Assembly: GCF_001194135.2 (NCBI RefSeq)
Contig: NC_068999.1
Coordinates: forward strand, 23,064,836-23,128,835
Origin: Octopus bimaculoides
Taxonomy: Eukaryota
Direction of reading: 5' to 3'
Length of the DNA stretch: 64,000 bases
Position 1 is the stretch's first letter; each line of letters begins with the position of its first letter. The notes below the pieces were generated by a model. It was not told the DNA's origin, searched no databases, and saw only the letters and a list, made by a program, of their open reading frames with translations. Made by a program: the position numbers and the translations under genes. Shown here one piece after another: positions 37,059 to 50,324 of this stretch.

Positions 37059-37061
<3 letters not shown>
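36660..37061 (+). mobile_element. Isolated PLE pseudo-LTR-like unit flanked by (TA)n on both sides
   Basis: Homologous to 10085-10375 (ATAATGTCTTACGTTTAAG..., ATACTCAAATACCCAAAAT.TCAAGGAG...); no ORF. Confidence 0.75.
36774..36858 (+). ncRNA. Hammerhead ribozyme motif with GUC triplet
   Basis: CTGAGGA 36779-36785, 57-nt helix II region, GAAAC 36843-36847, ATAT, GUC 36852-36854; helix I has a C-A mismatch next to the core. Confidence 0.62.
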
Positions 37062-37095
<34 letters not shown>

Positions 37096-37649
37096 TAGGC
37101 TTTTTTTGGTTTCTAACCAAATCCACTCTCAAGGCTTTGGTCAGGTCACGACTATAGTAGAAAACACTTGCCTAAGGTGTCATATAGTGAGACTAAATCC
37201 AAGATGACCTGATTAAGAAGCAAGCATCTTAACCACATGGCCACACCTTTGGTTATAAATTCTATTATTTTTGTAGCTAATGTTGCTGTAATAAAATTTA
37301 GACCAGTTTTATGAAGAAGCATACTAGTTACTAAAATAAGAAGCTTAAGTTTTCTACTTTGTTCCAAAATAACCACAACAAATGTAAATGTTTTATTTGA
37401 CGCTATACAAACATGTTCTTGTTTTTGGAGATCCTTTGTTGCTATGACAACAAAAATATATCTTAGAGTATTATCGACCTGGTCTACATATACAGCAAAA
37501 AAAAAATGATAATAATAATGAAGAAGCTAGAAAAATAGCTTTGCAAATACAATAGGCATCATCTTAGCTACAGAGCAATTAAATTTAAACATCTTCAGGA
37601 TTTTAGTGGTAAAACACATTGGGCTTCGGGAAAGCTTATATTTTTGTTT

Positions 37650-38062
37650 TTTTATCTGTTTCGGTCATTTGACTGCAGCCATGTTGTGACACCACTTTGA
37701 AGAATTTTATTTTAGTCAAATGAACCAAACCCATTACTTATTTATTTTATTTATTTATTTATTTATTTATTTGTAAGCCTGGTACTTATTCTATAGGTTG
37801 AACTGCTAAGTTATGGGGATATAAACAAACCAAAAGATGGTGGGGGACAAACACAGTCACAAACACACACACACATACATACATACACATATATATATAT
37901 ATATATACAATGGGTTTCTTTCAGTTTCCATCTATCAAATCCACTCACAAGACTTTGGTTGGTCCAAAGCTATAGTAGAAGACACTTGCCCAAGATGCCA
38001 TGCAGTGGGACTGAACCCAGAACCATGTGGTTGGGAAGCAAGCTTCATACCACACAGCCATG
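37650..38062 (-). mobile_element. SINE family A, near full length
   Basis: Colinear with 58185-58558. Confidence 0.85.
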
Positions 38063-38139
38063 TTTGCTTCTAAGCTTTTTATAAAGTTAAAATGCATGTA
38101 TACATGTTAGTGACACTTCAATAACAGAATTAATGAAGA

Positions 38140-38490
38140 AATCAAAATTTTAACATGTGGCATGTAAAAAGTACTATTTGAATGTTGAGCCTCATGGAGG
38201 CAGTGACACAAGATCTTTGGCAATATACCATGCTTGAGAAGACCTGTCAAGCCAAGTGAGATCAAAGTGGTGGCCAATCTCAGTGTTACGTAACTGGCAC
38301 CTGTGCTGGTGGTATGTAAAGAGCACCTACTACACTCTCAGAGTGGTTGGCATTAGGAAACACATCCAGCCATAGAAACTATGCCAAATCAGATTGGAAT
38401 ATTGTGCAGCTCCCCAGCTTACCAATTTTCAGTCAAACCATCCAACCCATGCCAGCAAGGAAAATGGACATTAAATGATGATGATGATGT
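38140..38490 (+). mobile_element. RTE LINE 3' fragment with (GAT)n tail
   Basis: Reverse complement of the RTE 3' UTR at 15550-16100. Confidence 0.8.
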
Positions 38491-38909
38491 TGCGCTAAAA
38501 AAAGGTTTAGCATCATTGAGATAACCTCCCCCCCCCCACACACACACACACATACACTTATCATTATCATCTTTATCAACAAATTAACACAATAACACCA
38601 CTGCTTGGTCCATAAATATCTTTTAGTGTATTTATTTCATTCTAAAAATTTAGACCAGCAGAAACTTGATTCCATCCCAGCCCTATTTTTATTGTACACT
38701 TTCACTGCATAATCAAGTGCAGCTCTGTGTACCTCACCACCACCACCCTCCCCCATTCAAGGTACTTTAGATAAGATTCTTGCATGCAGGCATTAAGCAT
38801 TATCCACATCAACTGCACCTGTCTGGAAGGGTTATACAAAGATCAGGGTCACTGTTCTTCATCTTTTCACCAACACATATAAAAGGATCAACAAGAGGGC
38901 TTCAATATG

Positions 38910-41900
38910 TGTTGTGATGAGAGTTACAATGCCCCCTTGCAAGAGATAGACTGGTCCGAGTAAAATATAAATAGTAACGATCCGAGTAAAATATAAATAG
39001 TAACGATCTTGAGGTTCAGAGTTTGGAATCAAGTGAAGTTTGTGTTAGTTTGCAGTGAAGTTGGAAGGTGTTGGTTGGTCAGTTCACAAGGAATATTAAT
39101 TGTTGGTCTGTAAAGAGATTTGTTAGTTCATTACATTGTTTTTACTGTTGTCTGGTTATCTTATTTATTGTACGTAAAAAATCACGTTACAACATCTGGT
39201 GACAAGGGTTTCAAAGCTCACATAGGTTATTTAACAATTTGTTCATGATACAGCTTGTTAAATAATGGAAGACCTATTTGCTTCCATAGTACAGTTGCAA
39301 AAGCAACAACAAGAGCAGCAACAAGAGTTGCAGAAGCAACTATTACAGCAACAACAACAATTATTGGAGCTATATTCAAAGAAGTCCAAAAATGATGTAA
39401 GTTCATTTTCACCATTTTGCATTTCGAACTCAATTAATGAATTCAGTTATAACCCAGAGGAGGGAATAACTTTTGCATCTTACTACAGAAGGTATGAGGA
39501 GATTTTTAAGCAAGGTTGTAAATCATGGTTGGATGAACAAAAAGTGGGATTGTTATTGTGAAAATTAGCTTCATTTGAGCATGAAAATTACTGTAATTTC
39601 ATATTGCCCAAAAACCCCAATGAAATTTGTTTTAAAGAAACAATAAATTTACTGTCCAACATATATGGTGATAAAACTATTCTATTTAACACTAGAATGG
39701 TGTGTTGGAATATAATGAAAAAGAGAACAATGATTTTATCACATACCCAGGAACAATCAACAGGTTGTGTAAAAGTTTTAAACTCAAAGAACTTACACCT
39801 TAGATGTTCAAGTGTCTTATTTTTGTACAAGGTCTTACACCAAGTGAAGATACAGAAATTCAGGCAAGAATTCTTTCTAAATTGGAACAAGCAAACCAAG
39901 ATTTAACCTTACAGTCCATGGCAGAATGCCAAAGGTTGGTAAACCTGAAACACAATGTAGAAAAAATTCAAGAAAAGGATTCCTCAAAAAGATAGATATG
40001 CCAACCAGAAAAGTACAACCAAAAAAGAGTGCCATGTCCTAATCTATGTTATGGATGTGGGGGAATACATTTCAGAAAAGACTGTCCATTTAAAAATCTA
40101 AAGTGTTACAGTTGCAAAAGAATTGGTCACAAGTGTTCATACTGCAGAACAAAATTATGAAGGTCAAGCATTAAAAATCCTAGAGTGCTCTCGGCAGAAA
40201 CAAAAATCGATTCCCAAATAAGAAGATTCGTACACATAACAATAAATGGAATACATATTAAACTTCAACTGGAAACGGGAAGTGATATTTCATTGATAAA
40301 TATGGATGCATGGAAGTAAATGAAGAAACCTATGTTGAAAAAACAGCAAGATCTGCTCATAGCATGATGGGTGACAAATTACAATTCATAGGCGAAATGT
40401 GGACTAAAGTCACATTTCTAGGGAAAACATGCAAGGCGAAAGTCTTCATTAAAAATGCAACTGAGCTCTTTGGTACCGATTGGTTAGAATTATTCAATTT
40501 ATGAGACTTCCCCATAAATCTCTATTGTAAAAATATAAATAGTTGTCCGTCTAAAATTAATTTGTCCGAAGAGATAAAGAGAAAATTTTTTTAAATGTTT
40601 CTACAAGTACTCTCAGACAAACTAGGTCTATGTACAGAGACTGAGAGCCCATGGTCCAGTATACTTATCATCTATACTGGACCGGTGAACAGCACATACT
40701 ATCTAATTGTTGTGGATAGTTGCCAGAGGTATGCAGATGTAATAAATCCACAGCAAAGACAACAATAAATTTCCTATTCGAGTTATTTGCTTAATACAGT
40801 GTTCCAGATACATTAGTTTCAAATAATGGAACACAATACACAGGATAAGAATTTTTGAATTTCTGCAAAGTACATGCCATAAAGCACATCTTTACCCTGA
40901 GGTAAAATGGGCAGGCAGAAAGATTTGTCAACACATTAAAAAAAACTAGGAATGAATTAGATAATGATGAGGCACTAATGAAATTTTTGAGAGTATATAG
41001 AATAATGGCAAATCCAAATACTAATTCAGGAAAGTCACCAGCTGAGAGTTATCACCAGCTGAGAGTTAATGTTCGCATGTAAAACAGAATTGTTCTTTGA
41101 TAAATTATTGCTAGGAAAAACAAAAAAATACATTTGAAGGAAATACAAGAAATATTACAAACCATTTCAAAGTAGGAGATAAAGTTTATTTTAAAAGCTA
41201 TAAAAATGGTAAAGAAGGTTGGGAGGATGACTGTGTAATCAAAAAATTAGATAACATTATGTATTTAATTAAAGGACAATGTTCAGAACATAAGAGACAC
41301 TTTAACCAGTTAAAGATAAGACACAGAAGAATGAAGGGTAATACCAATGGAAATCTTTTATATGTTTGAAGTGCTGGCACTGAGAGATATTGAGCCCCGT
41401 AGAACTAGCTTCAGAAAATGAAAATAGACTGAATATCTGGAAGTAATACCTAAACAAAGAAGGTACTAAATTTTCAAATAAACAAAAACAGGAGTGCTTA
41501 GTACAATGAAAAGAAAAAGGATTGTATGCAACGAACAATACAACCATAAAAGTCGGGCAACAATTAAGATACAACAGCTAAAAAAAAGAACAGAGGGAGA
41601 AGTGCTGGAAAGAAAAAAAGAAAAATAAAAGAAATTCCACTTTCTTGTAGTTGTCAAAATCTCAAAAGGGGAGATGTTGGAATGAGGGTTACGATGCCCC
41701 CTTGTGAGAGATAGACTGGTCCAAGTAAAATATAAATAATAACAATCCGAGTAAGTTTGAGGTTCAGAGTTCGGAGTCAAGTGAAGTTTGTGTTAGTTTG
41801 CAGTGAAGTCGGAAGGTGTCAGTTGGTTAGTTCACAAGGAATATTGATTGTTGGTTCATAAAGAGATTTGTTAGTTCATTAAATTGTTGTTACTGCTGTC

Positions 41901-41937
41901 TGGTTATCTTATTTATTGTATGTAACTAATTACAATA
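38910..41937 (+). mobile_element. Ty3/Gypsy (Mag-like) LTR retrotransposon lacking RT/RNase H
   Basis: 5' LTR 38910-39194 (TGTTG...ACAACA) followed by PBS-like TCTGGTGAC; 3' LTR from 41675 after PPT AAAAGGGGAGA. Interior has gag FSYNPEEGITFASYYRRYEEIF, zinc knuckles CYGCGG.H..KDC..KC.SC..IGH, protease LQLETGSDIS and integrase PWS..YTGP..YLIVVD/GQAERFV/KSPAE. Confidence 0.92.
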
Positions 41938-42347
41938 TAGCAATGGTAACTCAGTTTGCTAGTAATAGCAATGACATCTCCCTCAAATCATAACCTGATT
42001 GGCTTAAATCTGGAAAGATACAGTGAATTACATAGAACTTGATGTTGCATGTCTACCACCACAAAAAAGCCAATATTGTCATGACTGGAATACCTTTGGT
42101 CATAGATTGGCTCAGTTGGGGTTTAACTGGAGTTTAACAACAACTGATGCTATTCAACAACTTTACTGTATGACAGAGGTGTGTAGTGATGTGCTGGAGT
42201 ACTCCAGAGGGAAGTACATACATTGTGTTGTTCCAAAGTAACTGATCAGTTTTCTCCTTGCCATAGGTTTTAGTAAATTCTTTATTTTCAAAATTAATTG
42301 AAATAAAGAGAATGAATTTCAACAGAAATATAGTAACAAAAGGGTCG

Positions 42348-42644
42348 ATGTTAGTTATCCTACAATTATTTTCTATACAGAAGCAAAGCTAAATAAAGCT
42401 ATTGGCAACAGCAAAGCTTTGATTGGAGGGAATTATCAAGCGAGGTGGTTCATTCCAGGCAACACTTTTATCAGGCTGGCACTTTTTGGTCCTTGCTGTA
42501 TAAACCTGTTTAGGTTGTGTTGCCAGCAGATGGGGATGGCAAACTAAAGGCTACCCCCAGTGATTCATTCTAGCAACACCACTAACTATTGGACAACAAT
42601 TTATAATAAATCTGTATGGAAAATAATTGTAGGTTAACTAACAT
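42348..42644. mobile_element. MITE-like element with ~34-bp terminal inverted repeats
   Basis: ATGTTAGTTATCCTACAATTATTTTCTATACAGA ... TCTGTATGGAAAATAATTGTAGGTTAACTAACAT. Confidence 0.7.
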
Positions 42645-42654
42645 TAAAAATAAA

Positions 42655-43065
42655 TGGCATGGTTGTGTGATAAGAAACTTATTTCCCAACCACATGGTCT
42701 GGGTTCAGTCCCACTGTGTGGCACCTTGAGCAAGTGTCCTCAACGATAGCCCTGGACCAAAGCTTTATAAATGGATTTGGTAGTCAGAAACTGAAAGAAT
42801 TCTATCATGTATATACGTGTGTGTGTGTGTGTGTCTTTGTATTAGTGTGTGTGTCTTTATATTAGTGTGTGTCCCCACCACTGCTTCATAACCGGTGTTC
42901 ATGTGTTTACATCGCCATAACTTGGTAGTTCAGCAAAGAGACAAATAGAATAAGTACCAGGCTTGTAGAAAAAGGAAAACAAAGTACTGGAATCAATTTG
43001 TTCGACTAAAACATGCCCCAGTATGGCCGCAGTCTAATGACTGAAACAAGTAAAAGATAAAAGAT
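42655..43065 (+). mobile_element. SINE family A, near full length
   Basis: Head GGCATGGTTGTGTGATAAG through tail GAAACAAGTAAAAGATAAAAG. Confidence 0.85.
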
Positions 43066-44549
43066 ATTAAAAAAATAATAAGTAAAGCAAAAAGTCTTAC
43101 TTTTCTCTTTGTTGTTGTTGTTTTCTTTCATCAATAAATTTCACGGTAAGTGTAACATAATTTCACAGTTAATGAAACTGAGGTAGGAATAGATCAGTAC
43201 GGAATTTATATAGATTTCTAATGCTTGAAACTAATTTCTTTGTAAAATCCATGTGAATATAAAAGAAAACATGGTGAGTTAACAGAAATATTAGAATACT
43301 AAATTATAACCTTTGCAGTGTTAATCTCATTTCTCACTGTTTCTAAGTTTGAATTCCCTTGAATCTATTATGTCTTTCATATTTCATACTTCTCCGATAA
43401 AATAATATAATCCTGATGAATAAATATCAATGTTGCACTGAAGTTTATTCAATCCAATTTTTTTTTTTAACAAAGGCAACTTGTTTGTTACCTCGGCAGT
43501 AAACTAATGTTACTAAAATGGCTCAATGGTGCAAATGTCTTATAATGGTATTTAGTAGGAAGATTTTGAACAGAACCTTTCATTAAATATATTGGTGCAA
43601 ATATTATATCATTTAGGTTCCTTTGAAACCACTGTTCATGAAATGCTTTGAGCTGTTTTATCTTATGTTCTCTCTCCTTCCATGTTTTTCTCATGTAAAG
43701 AGATTAAATCTTATGTGTGTGTGTGTATATGGTGTGCAGCATCATTAACTGGCACTGTGTCTACTCCTGTAGTCTGCTGTACATTTACTCATCTATAAGA
43801 ATGTTAAAGATCTTAAGATAGTGAGAGAGTTGTGCAAAGTGAGAGAAAAAGTAGCATAAGAGGAGGGGAGATCTGTTTGAACCAAAGTTGTCAGTGATAT
43901 GGTTGGCAGGTCGTGTTTTGTGTGAGTATATGAGTATGTGTACATATGTATATGTGAGCATGTGCTTATGAGTGTATGTGTGCGAGGAAGAGAGAGGAGG
44001 GAGACATAAGTGATAGTCAAAAGAAAGGAAAGGAAGAGCATGAGGGAAGAAAAAGAGGAAAAGAGGAAAAAGAACAGAAATAGGACAAAGAGAGAAGAAA
44101 TAGTGGACAAGAAAGAACAGAAATGACAAAGAAAAAGAAAAAGGAAGGTAGAAGCAGTGAGAGAAAAGTAAAGAGAGTAAAGTAAATGAAATGGTGAGAG
44201 AGAAAGGCTGGGATAGACATTCAATATATTATATATGAAGAGGGTGAGATACTTGAGAAAGAGGAGAAAGAGAAAGAGGGAGTGTGCCTGTGGGTCTAAG
44301 AAAGTACTTGTGGGCCCACCACCACTGAATAAAGACAGTTTCCCTCTTGGTTAACATCTTTCCATCTTGTGAGTCTCCCAGGTAGCTCTATACTGTGTTA
44401 CTCACCTAATTCATAATGATTCTTTTTTTTTAGTGAAGATTGAAAATAGAATGACTTTATCATAACATGTTTAACTACTTGGTAGTGAGGGGGGGGTGAT
44501 GTAAAGAAAAAGGTTGAGTGACAGTCCCACCACTTCCATTGCTGCCACC

Positions 44550-44580
<31 letters not shown>

Positions 44581-44852
44581 GGCAGTTTGTTGTATTGTAG
44601 TGTTGTTGTTTGGAACTGGTGTATTCTTTTTTCCCTTTCTTTTCCTCTTTTACTTCCTTCAGTCATTTGACTGCGGCCATGCTGGAGCACCATCTTGGAA
44701 TGTTTTTAGTCAAACAAATTGATCTCAGGACTTACTTTTTAGTATTTAAAGCCTGGTACTTATTTTATTGGTTTCTTTTGCCAAACCGCTAAGTTACGGG
44801 GGGTACAAATACAGATGCAAAGATACATACATACATACATACATACATACAT

Positions 44853-44888
<36 letters not shown>

Positions 44889-44969
44889 GTTGGAGTTTTA
44901 GCACTTTAGCTGCTATTTCTGAACTTCAGTATGTGGTGAAGCAACTGTTGCTAATCCCTTAATTATGTA

Positions 44970-45033
<64 letters not shown>

Positions 45034-45305
45034 CATACATACACATTCAATAGACTTCTTTAAGTTTCCGTCTACCAAGTCCACTCACAAGGATTTGGTC
45101 AGCCTAAGACACTTGCCCAAGCAAGGTGCCACACAGTGGGACTGAACCAAGGAGCGTGTGGTTGGGAAGCAAGCTTCTTACTGCACAGTCACACCTGCAC
45201 CTGGTATAGTTCACAAATAATTCATTCTGCTACTATATTACTTCAAGATACTTGTGCTGCCAGCTTTGTATTGATTGTTATTGTCAATCACTTTAATACT
45301 TGTTC

Positions 45306-45344
<39 letters not shown>

Positions 45345-45639
45345 GTATATTTTATATACTTTTCATATACATATATATTTTATTTCATAAGCTTTTTACT
45401 ACTGAACTAATTTTGAATCTGATTTCAGTATTAAGTCCGTCGTTAATATCTTTTAAGAAACCTTCAGATGAGCACAGGTTTAGCTGTGTGGTAAGAAGCT
45501 TGCTTCCCAACCACATGGTTCCGGGTTCTGTTCTACCATGTGACACCTTAGGCAAGTGTCTTCTACTATAGCCTCAAGCCAATGAAAGCTTTGTGCATGG
45601 GTTTGGTAGATGGAACCTGAAAGGAGCCCATCATATATA

Positions 45640-45731
<92 letters not shown>

Positions 45732-45957
45732 CGCGCACAAGCTGAATTTAGAATTAAAGAATTAAGGTTAAGAAAATAGGCATCAAATGTAGTATCCAAA
45801 CTTTGTTTCAGAGCACTTCCCCACTTATGGCTACCAGGTATCATCAGTGATATTGTGCGTTCATCATTGGATCTACATTAGGAATTCCAAGGTGCACATA
45901 GGGTATATTTTAAATGATTAATACAGAAGACTGAGTGTAACTAAAAGTATTTACAGG

Positions 45958-46060
45958 CACAATCATCATTTCGGCTTCATTCTGCACTGTTCTCTAGTAG
46001 GCATGGGATAATGTAATGACACCAGATGCAATGCATGGCACAAAAGAGCCTCATCAGGTG
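45958..46060 (-). ncRNA. Hammerhead ribozyme motif (degenerate)
   Basis: Minus strand CAC-CTGATGA-GGCT...AGCC-GAAA-TGATG-ATT-GTG. Confidence 0.55.
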
Positions 46061-46105
46061 ATGAAATTGAAATGTAAATCTTCTAACTTCTGAAGTATCT
46101 TACAT

Positions 46106-46208
46106 CACCTGATGAAGCTCTTTTGCACTGTGCGTTGCATCTGGTGTCATTACATCATCCCACACCCACTAGAAAGCAGTGCAGAATGAAGCTGAAATGA
46201 TTGTTGTG
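46106..46208 (+). ncRNA. Hammerhead ribozyme motif (degenerate, CpG-decayed)
   Basis: CAC-CTGATGA-AGCT..TTTTGCACTG...CAGTGCAGAA..AGCT-GAAA (46194-46197)-TGATT-GTT-GTG. Confidence 0.55.
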
Positions 46209-46251
46209 CTAATAAATGCTTCTCTGTCTTCTATATTAATCATTTAAAATT

Positions 46252-46283
<32 letters not shown>

Positions 46284-46849
46284 TGTGTGTGCGTGTATAT
46301 ACATGTGTGCATGCGTGCATGTGTGTGAGTGTCTTTGCGTCTGTGTTTGTCCCACACCACTGCTTGACAACCGATATTGGTGTGTTTACATCCCTGTAAC
46401 TTAACACCTGAGCAAAGAGACTGATAGAACAAGCACCAGGTTAAAAAAAAAAAATAAGTATTGGGGTTGATTCATTCAACTAAAATTCTTCAAGGTGGTA
46501 CCCCAGTATAGCCACACTCTAATGACTAAAACAAGTAAAAGGGCAAATGATAATGGATACTAATTTATTTTCTAAAATAACAGATACAATAGCTTGAAGA
46601 CAAATTTAGGTCTTACATTCAAATTTGACTACATTTTGCCACATAAGTCTTTTTGCTTTTGTACTGCTGCACCAATTTGCACAAGAGTTACAAAAATAGA
46701 TTTCTTAAATTGAAATGTTTCATTTGAACTCAATAATACAAATTTTTTTTTTTTTCAATTTTAATATGATTATTTATATTCCTCTTATCAAGATCTTTCC
46801 ATTAAGTGTATTTGAACCAAAATAATAAAGGTATAAAGAAACTATGGCA

Positions 46850-47170
46850 CTTTATCAGTTACAACAACAAGGGTTCCAGGTGATTCAATGAACAGAACAG
46901 CCAGCTTGTGAAATTAGTGTGCCAGTGGCTGAGACTCAACAGATATGTGTTTCCTCAATGTTGTTCTCAGAGAGATTCAGCATGACACAGAATGTGATGA
47001 GGGTAGCCCTTTGAAATATAGATACTACTTATTTTTGCCAGCTTAGCAGACTGGAGCAATGTGAAATCAGGTACAATGCATCACTCAAGGGTACAATGCA
47101 TCGCTGAGAATTGAACTCACGACCTTGTGATTGGAGCTGAATACCCTAACTACTGAGCCATGCACCTTCA
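46850..47170 (-). mobile_element. SINE family C with tRNA-like head
   Basis: Shares its body with 13274-13569; the minus-strand head reads GTGAAGGTGCATGGCTCAGTAGTTAGGG...GTGAGTTCAATTC. Confidence 0.75.
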
Positions 47171-47449
47171 CATAAAGAAACTATATTGCTTTACTATTCC
47201 ATTTATGAATACGCATATTTTATCATAACAACCAAATTTCTATTATAATAACTCAAAATGCAGTGAAGCACTGGTCATTCACAGTTAGCTTGACCACTTT
47301 TAATTTGGTCAAGAAATGATTTAGCTAGTGGGCATAGAAGTGATCATGAAGGTAAATGTTGGCCTTAAAAATACTATTCACCTACTTTGTATATATGTGT
47401 ATGTGTGTGTGTGTGTGTGTGTGTTTATATATATATATTTTTTCTTTTA

Positions 47450-47630
47450 TTCTCTTACTTGTTTCAGTCATTTGACTGTGGCCATGCTGGAGCACCACCA
47501 TTAGTTTAACAAATTGACCCCAGGACTTATTCTTTGTAAGTCTAGTACTTATTCTATTGGTCTCCTTTGTTGAACTGCTAAGTTACGGAGGCATAAACAC
47601 ACCGACATCAGTTGTCAAGTGATGGTTTAT
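47450..47630 (-). mobile_element. SINE family A, 3' half
   Basis: TTACTTGTTTCAGTCATTTGACTGTGGCCATGCTGGAGCACC... Confidence 0.85.
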
Positions 47631-47813
47631 CAGAGGAATATAGAGAGGAGAAAAGGGAAAAGGAAAAGAAAAAGGAAAAAAGGAAAAAAGTTTGTTAAGT
47701 CTTTAGGCTTATGATCAACTTTTAATTGCTAATTGTTGGTCCATTTCTTTTCTTATCTGAATATAGATATATATATACCAACATGTATATATATATATTC
47801 ATACATACATACA

Positions 47814-47870
<57 letters not shown>

Positions 47871-49939
47871 NNNNNNNNNNNNNNNNNNNNNNNNNNNNNN
47901 NNNNNNNNNNNNNNNNNNNNNNNNNNNNNNNNNNNNNNNNNNNNNNNNNNNNNNNNNNNNNNNNNNNNNNNNNNNNNNNNNNNNNNNNNNNNNNNNNNNN
48001 NNNNNNNNNNNNNNNNNNNNNNNNNNNNNNNNNNNNNNNNNNNNNNNNNNNNNNNNNNNNNNNNNNNNNNNNNNNNNNNNNNNNNNNNNNNNNNNNNNNN
48101 NNNNNNNNNNNNNNNNNNNNNNNNNNNNNNNNNNNNNNNNNNNNNNNNNNNNNNNNNNNNNNNNNNNNNNNNNNNNNNNNNNNNNNNNNNNNNNNNNNNN
48201 NNNNNNNNNNNNNNNNNNNNNNNNNATATATATATATATATATATATATACATACACACATAATATGGGTGGCTTATTAGCAATTTAACAAACTAAAGTC
48301 AAATTTATAGATGTTACTAAAGTGACAGAGGGTACTAAGTGGTACCAGCATTGCTAAAAATAAGAGTCAAAACAACTCAACAGCCACAAATGTACTATCT
48401 TAATGATTGACAAGGGAGATAAGTTCAGCAATCTACATACTTGAGAATCTAGGGTAACACACCAAGGAAGACATGGGCAAAACAAATTGAGGAAGACCTG
48501 AATGCCTCAACCTCAGACATGCTAAGGCTGGAAAGCATGGAACAACATAATCATCTGAGTTCGTCATCCAGTGGCACAAACAGCAACATATTGGCTGAGA
48601 GGACAGACTTTCCCCTCAGTAGAGATTTACTTACTTATTTACTTACCTCACTGTGACACTCTCACCAGCTAGAAACAAACCAATGCATCTCTTCTGGATC
48701 AAAATGAGTTAACAATGAAAACATTGCCAGATATAAATGGTTGGCAAGGACCTCAGGACAAATTCTAAAGAGCATGTTCTGCATAAAAACCAAATTGTAA
48801 TGTTGGTTAACATATTTAAAGTAGTGAATTAAGAAATTTTGATTAATTAAAATCACACCCATGGAGAAGAAAGACAATCATCAGCTTAATGATTGATTCT
48901 GGTTAATACTGAATTTTAATTAAATTTAATTAAAGAATTAATTGTAGGCAAACCAAGAAGTGAACTTGACATGGACACAAAAGTGACAGCTTCAAACAAG
49001 TTTCTGTCTTGTTAGACCTCCTCAGGAAAGTATACTTTATATTTTTTATATTTTTACTTGTCCTACCAGAGAAAGATGATTATAGATTTTTGAGGGAATG
49101 ACCAAACAATGGCATGAGAACTTGAAATAAGATCTGTATTTGCAATAACATGCACAATCTTTTTGTATGTGTACATGTTTAAAATTAGGGTAGTATCAAC
49201 AAGTAATGCTCTCCTTTAAAGAAATATATGCAAGAGATGGTCTTATAAGGCCAAAACATGACAGAACTTATTTTTGTACTGCCAAAAAACCAGCCTTAAT
49301 TTTTGATTTAAGAATCTAGAAGTTACCTCCCTTAATTCATTAAGCTAATTATTGCTTATTGCTATAGATGTAATTTTAATTAATTTCAATTAATTACAAA
49401 CTTTTGTCTTTGTTCAAGATGAATGCTTTTACACTAAGGATAATATTTAATTTTCTATAAAGCTGTTTCAATAAGCATGTTGTGTATCTTGTATTTGATA
49501 TATATTTGATATATATTTTTTTCTAATCTGTATAAGCTGGGAATTATGTTTTCTTTTCAGATAGTATACATATATTAAGTTATATCACTCTAAAACTTGT
49601 GTATCGAGCACTTATGCTAGTTTATTGCTTTCAGCATGCATTTGCAGTGTATTTTGAAAAATAATTGTATTCATTGTATTCACTAACTATAGACCCTGCT
49701 AATTCTGACTGATTGACACTCTAAAAGCAGTAAATCTGCTCACAAGCATGGGATATTTGAATTCTTTTTAGTTATATACAATATGTGTGTGAGTGTTTCT
49801 TTCTTATTTTAGATGATAGATTTGATCTTAAATAATGTTTTGCCTTGTGCCAATGTTAAAAGAAAAGCAAAAGAATATGCGTGCACACACACACATACAC
49901 ACACACATGATCTTCAAATGTGGGGTCTCACGAAGACAA

Positions 49940-50250
49940 TGACAAGTGATCATGACCTTTGGCAATTTGCTGTACTTGAGAAGACTTGTCAAGCTGAGTG
50001 AAAACGTAGTTGTGACTAGTGTCAGTGACACGACATGTAAAAGCACCCATGCCAGTGACATGTGAAAACATCAGTGCTGATGACGCGCAAAAGGCACCTA
50101 CTACACTCTTGGAATGGTTGGTGTCAAGAAGAGCATCCAGCCATAAAAACCAAGCCAAAGTGAGACTGGATCTTGGTGCAGTTCTATAGCTTGCCAATTC
50201 CAGTTAAACCATCTAACCCATGCGAGTATGGAAAGTGGATGTTAAATGAA
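49940..50250 (+). mobile_element. RTE LINE 3' fragment
   Basis: Homologous to 38140-38490. Confidence 0.75.
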
Positions 50251-50263
50251 GAAGATTATAATG

Positions 50264-50299
<36 letters not shown>

Positions 50300-50324
50300 A
50301 TGTATGTATATGTATATAAATATA

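Larger units (their letters stand above)
45907..46250. repeat. ~150-bp imperfect inverted repeat carrying two divergent hammerhead motifs
   Basis: Arms ~45907-46063 and 46103-46250; TCATCAG at 46051-46057 mirrors CTGATGA at 46109-46115. Confidence 0.85.

Noticed and set aside
43488-43694. 68-aa minus-strand ORF ending at an AG|GTAACA donor-like site, a candidate host exon
   Set aside because: No recognisable homology and no convincing acceptor; needs RNA-seq.
48646-48780. Minus-strand segment bounded by TGCAG| and |GTAAGT
   Set aside because: All three frames hit stops before that donor, and the peptide for the alternative donor is unrecognisable.
49813-49885. Strong plus-strand acceptor TTCTTATTTTAG|ATG
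   Set aside because: No good donor downstream and no protein similarity.
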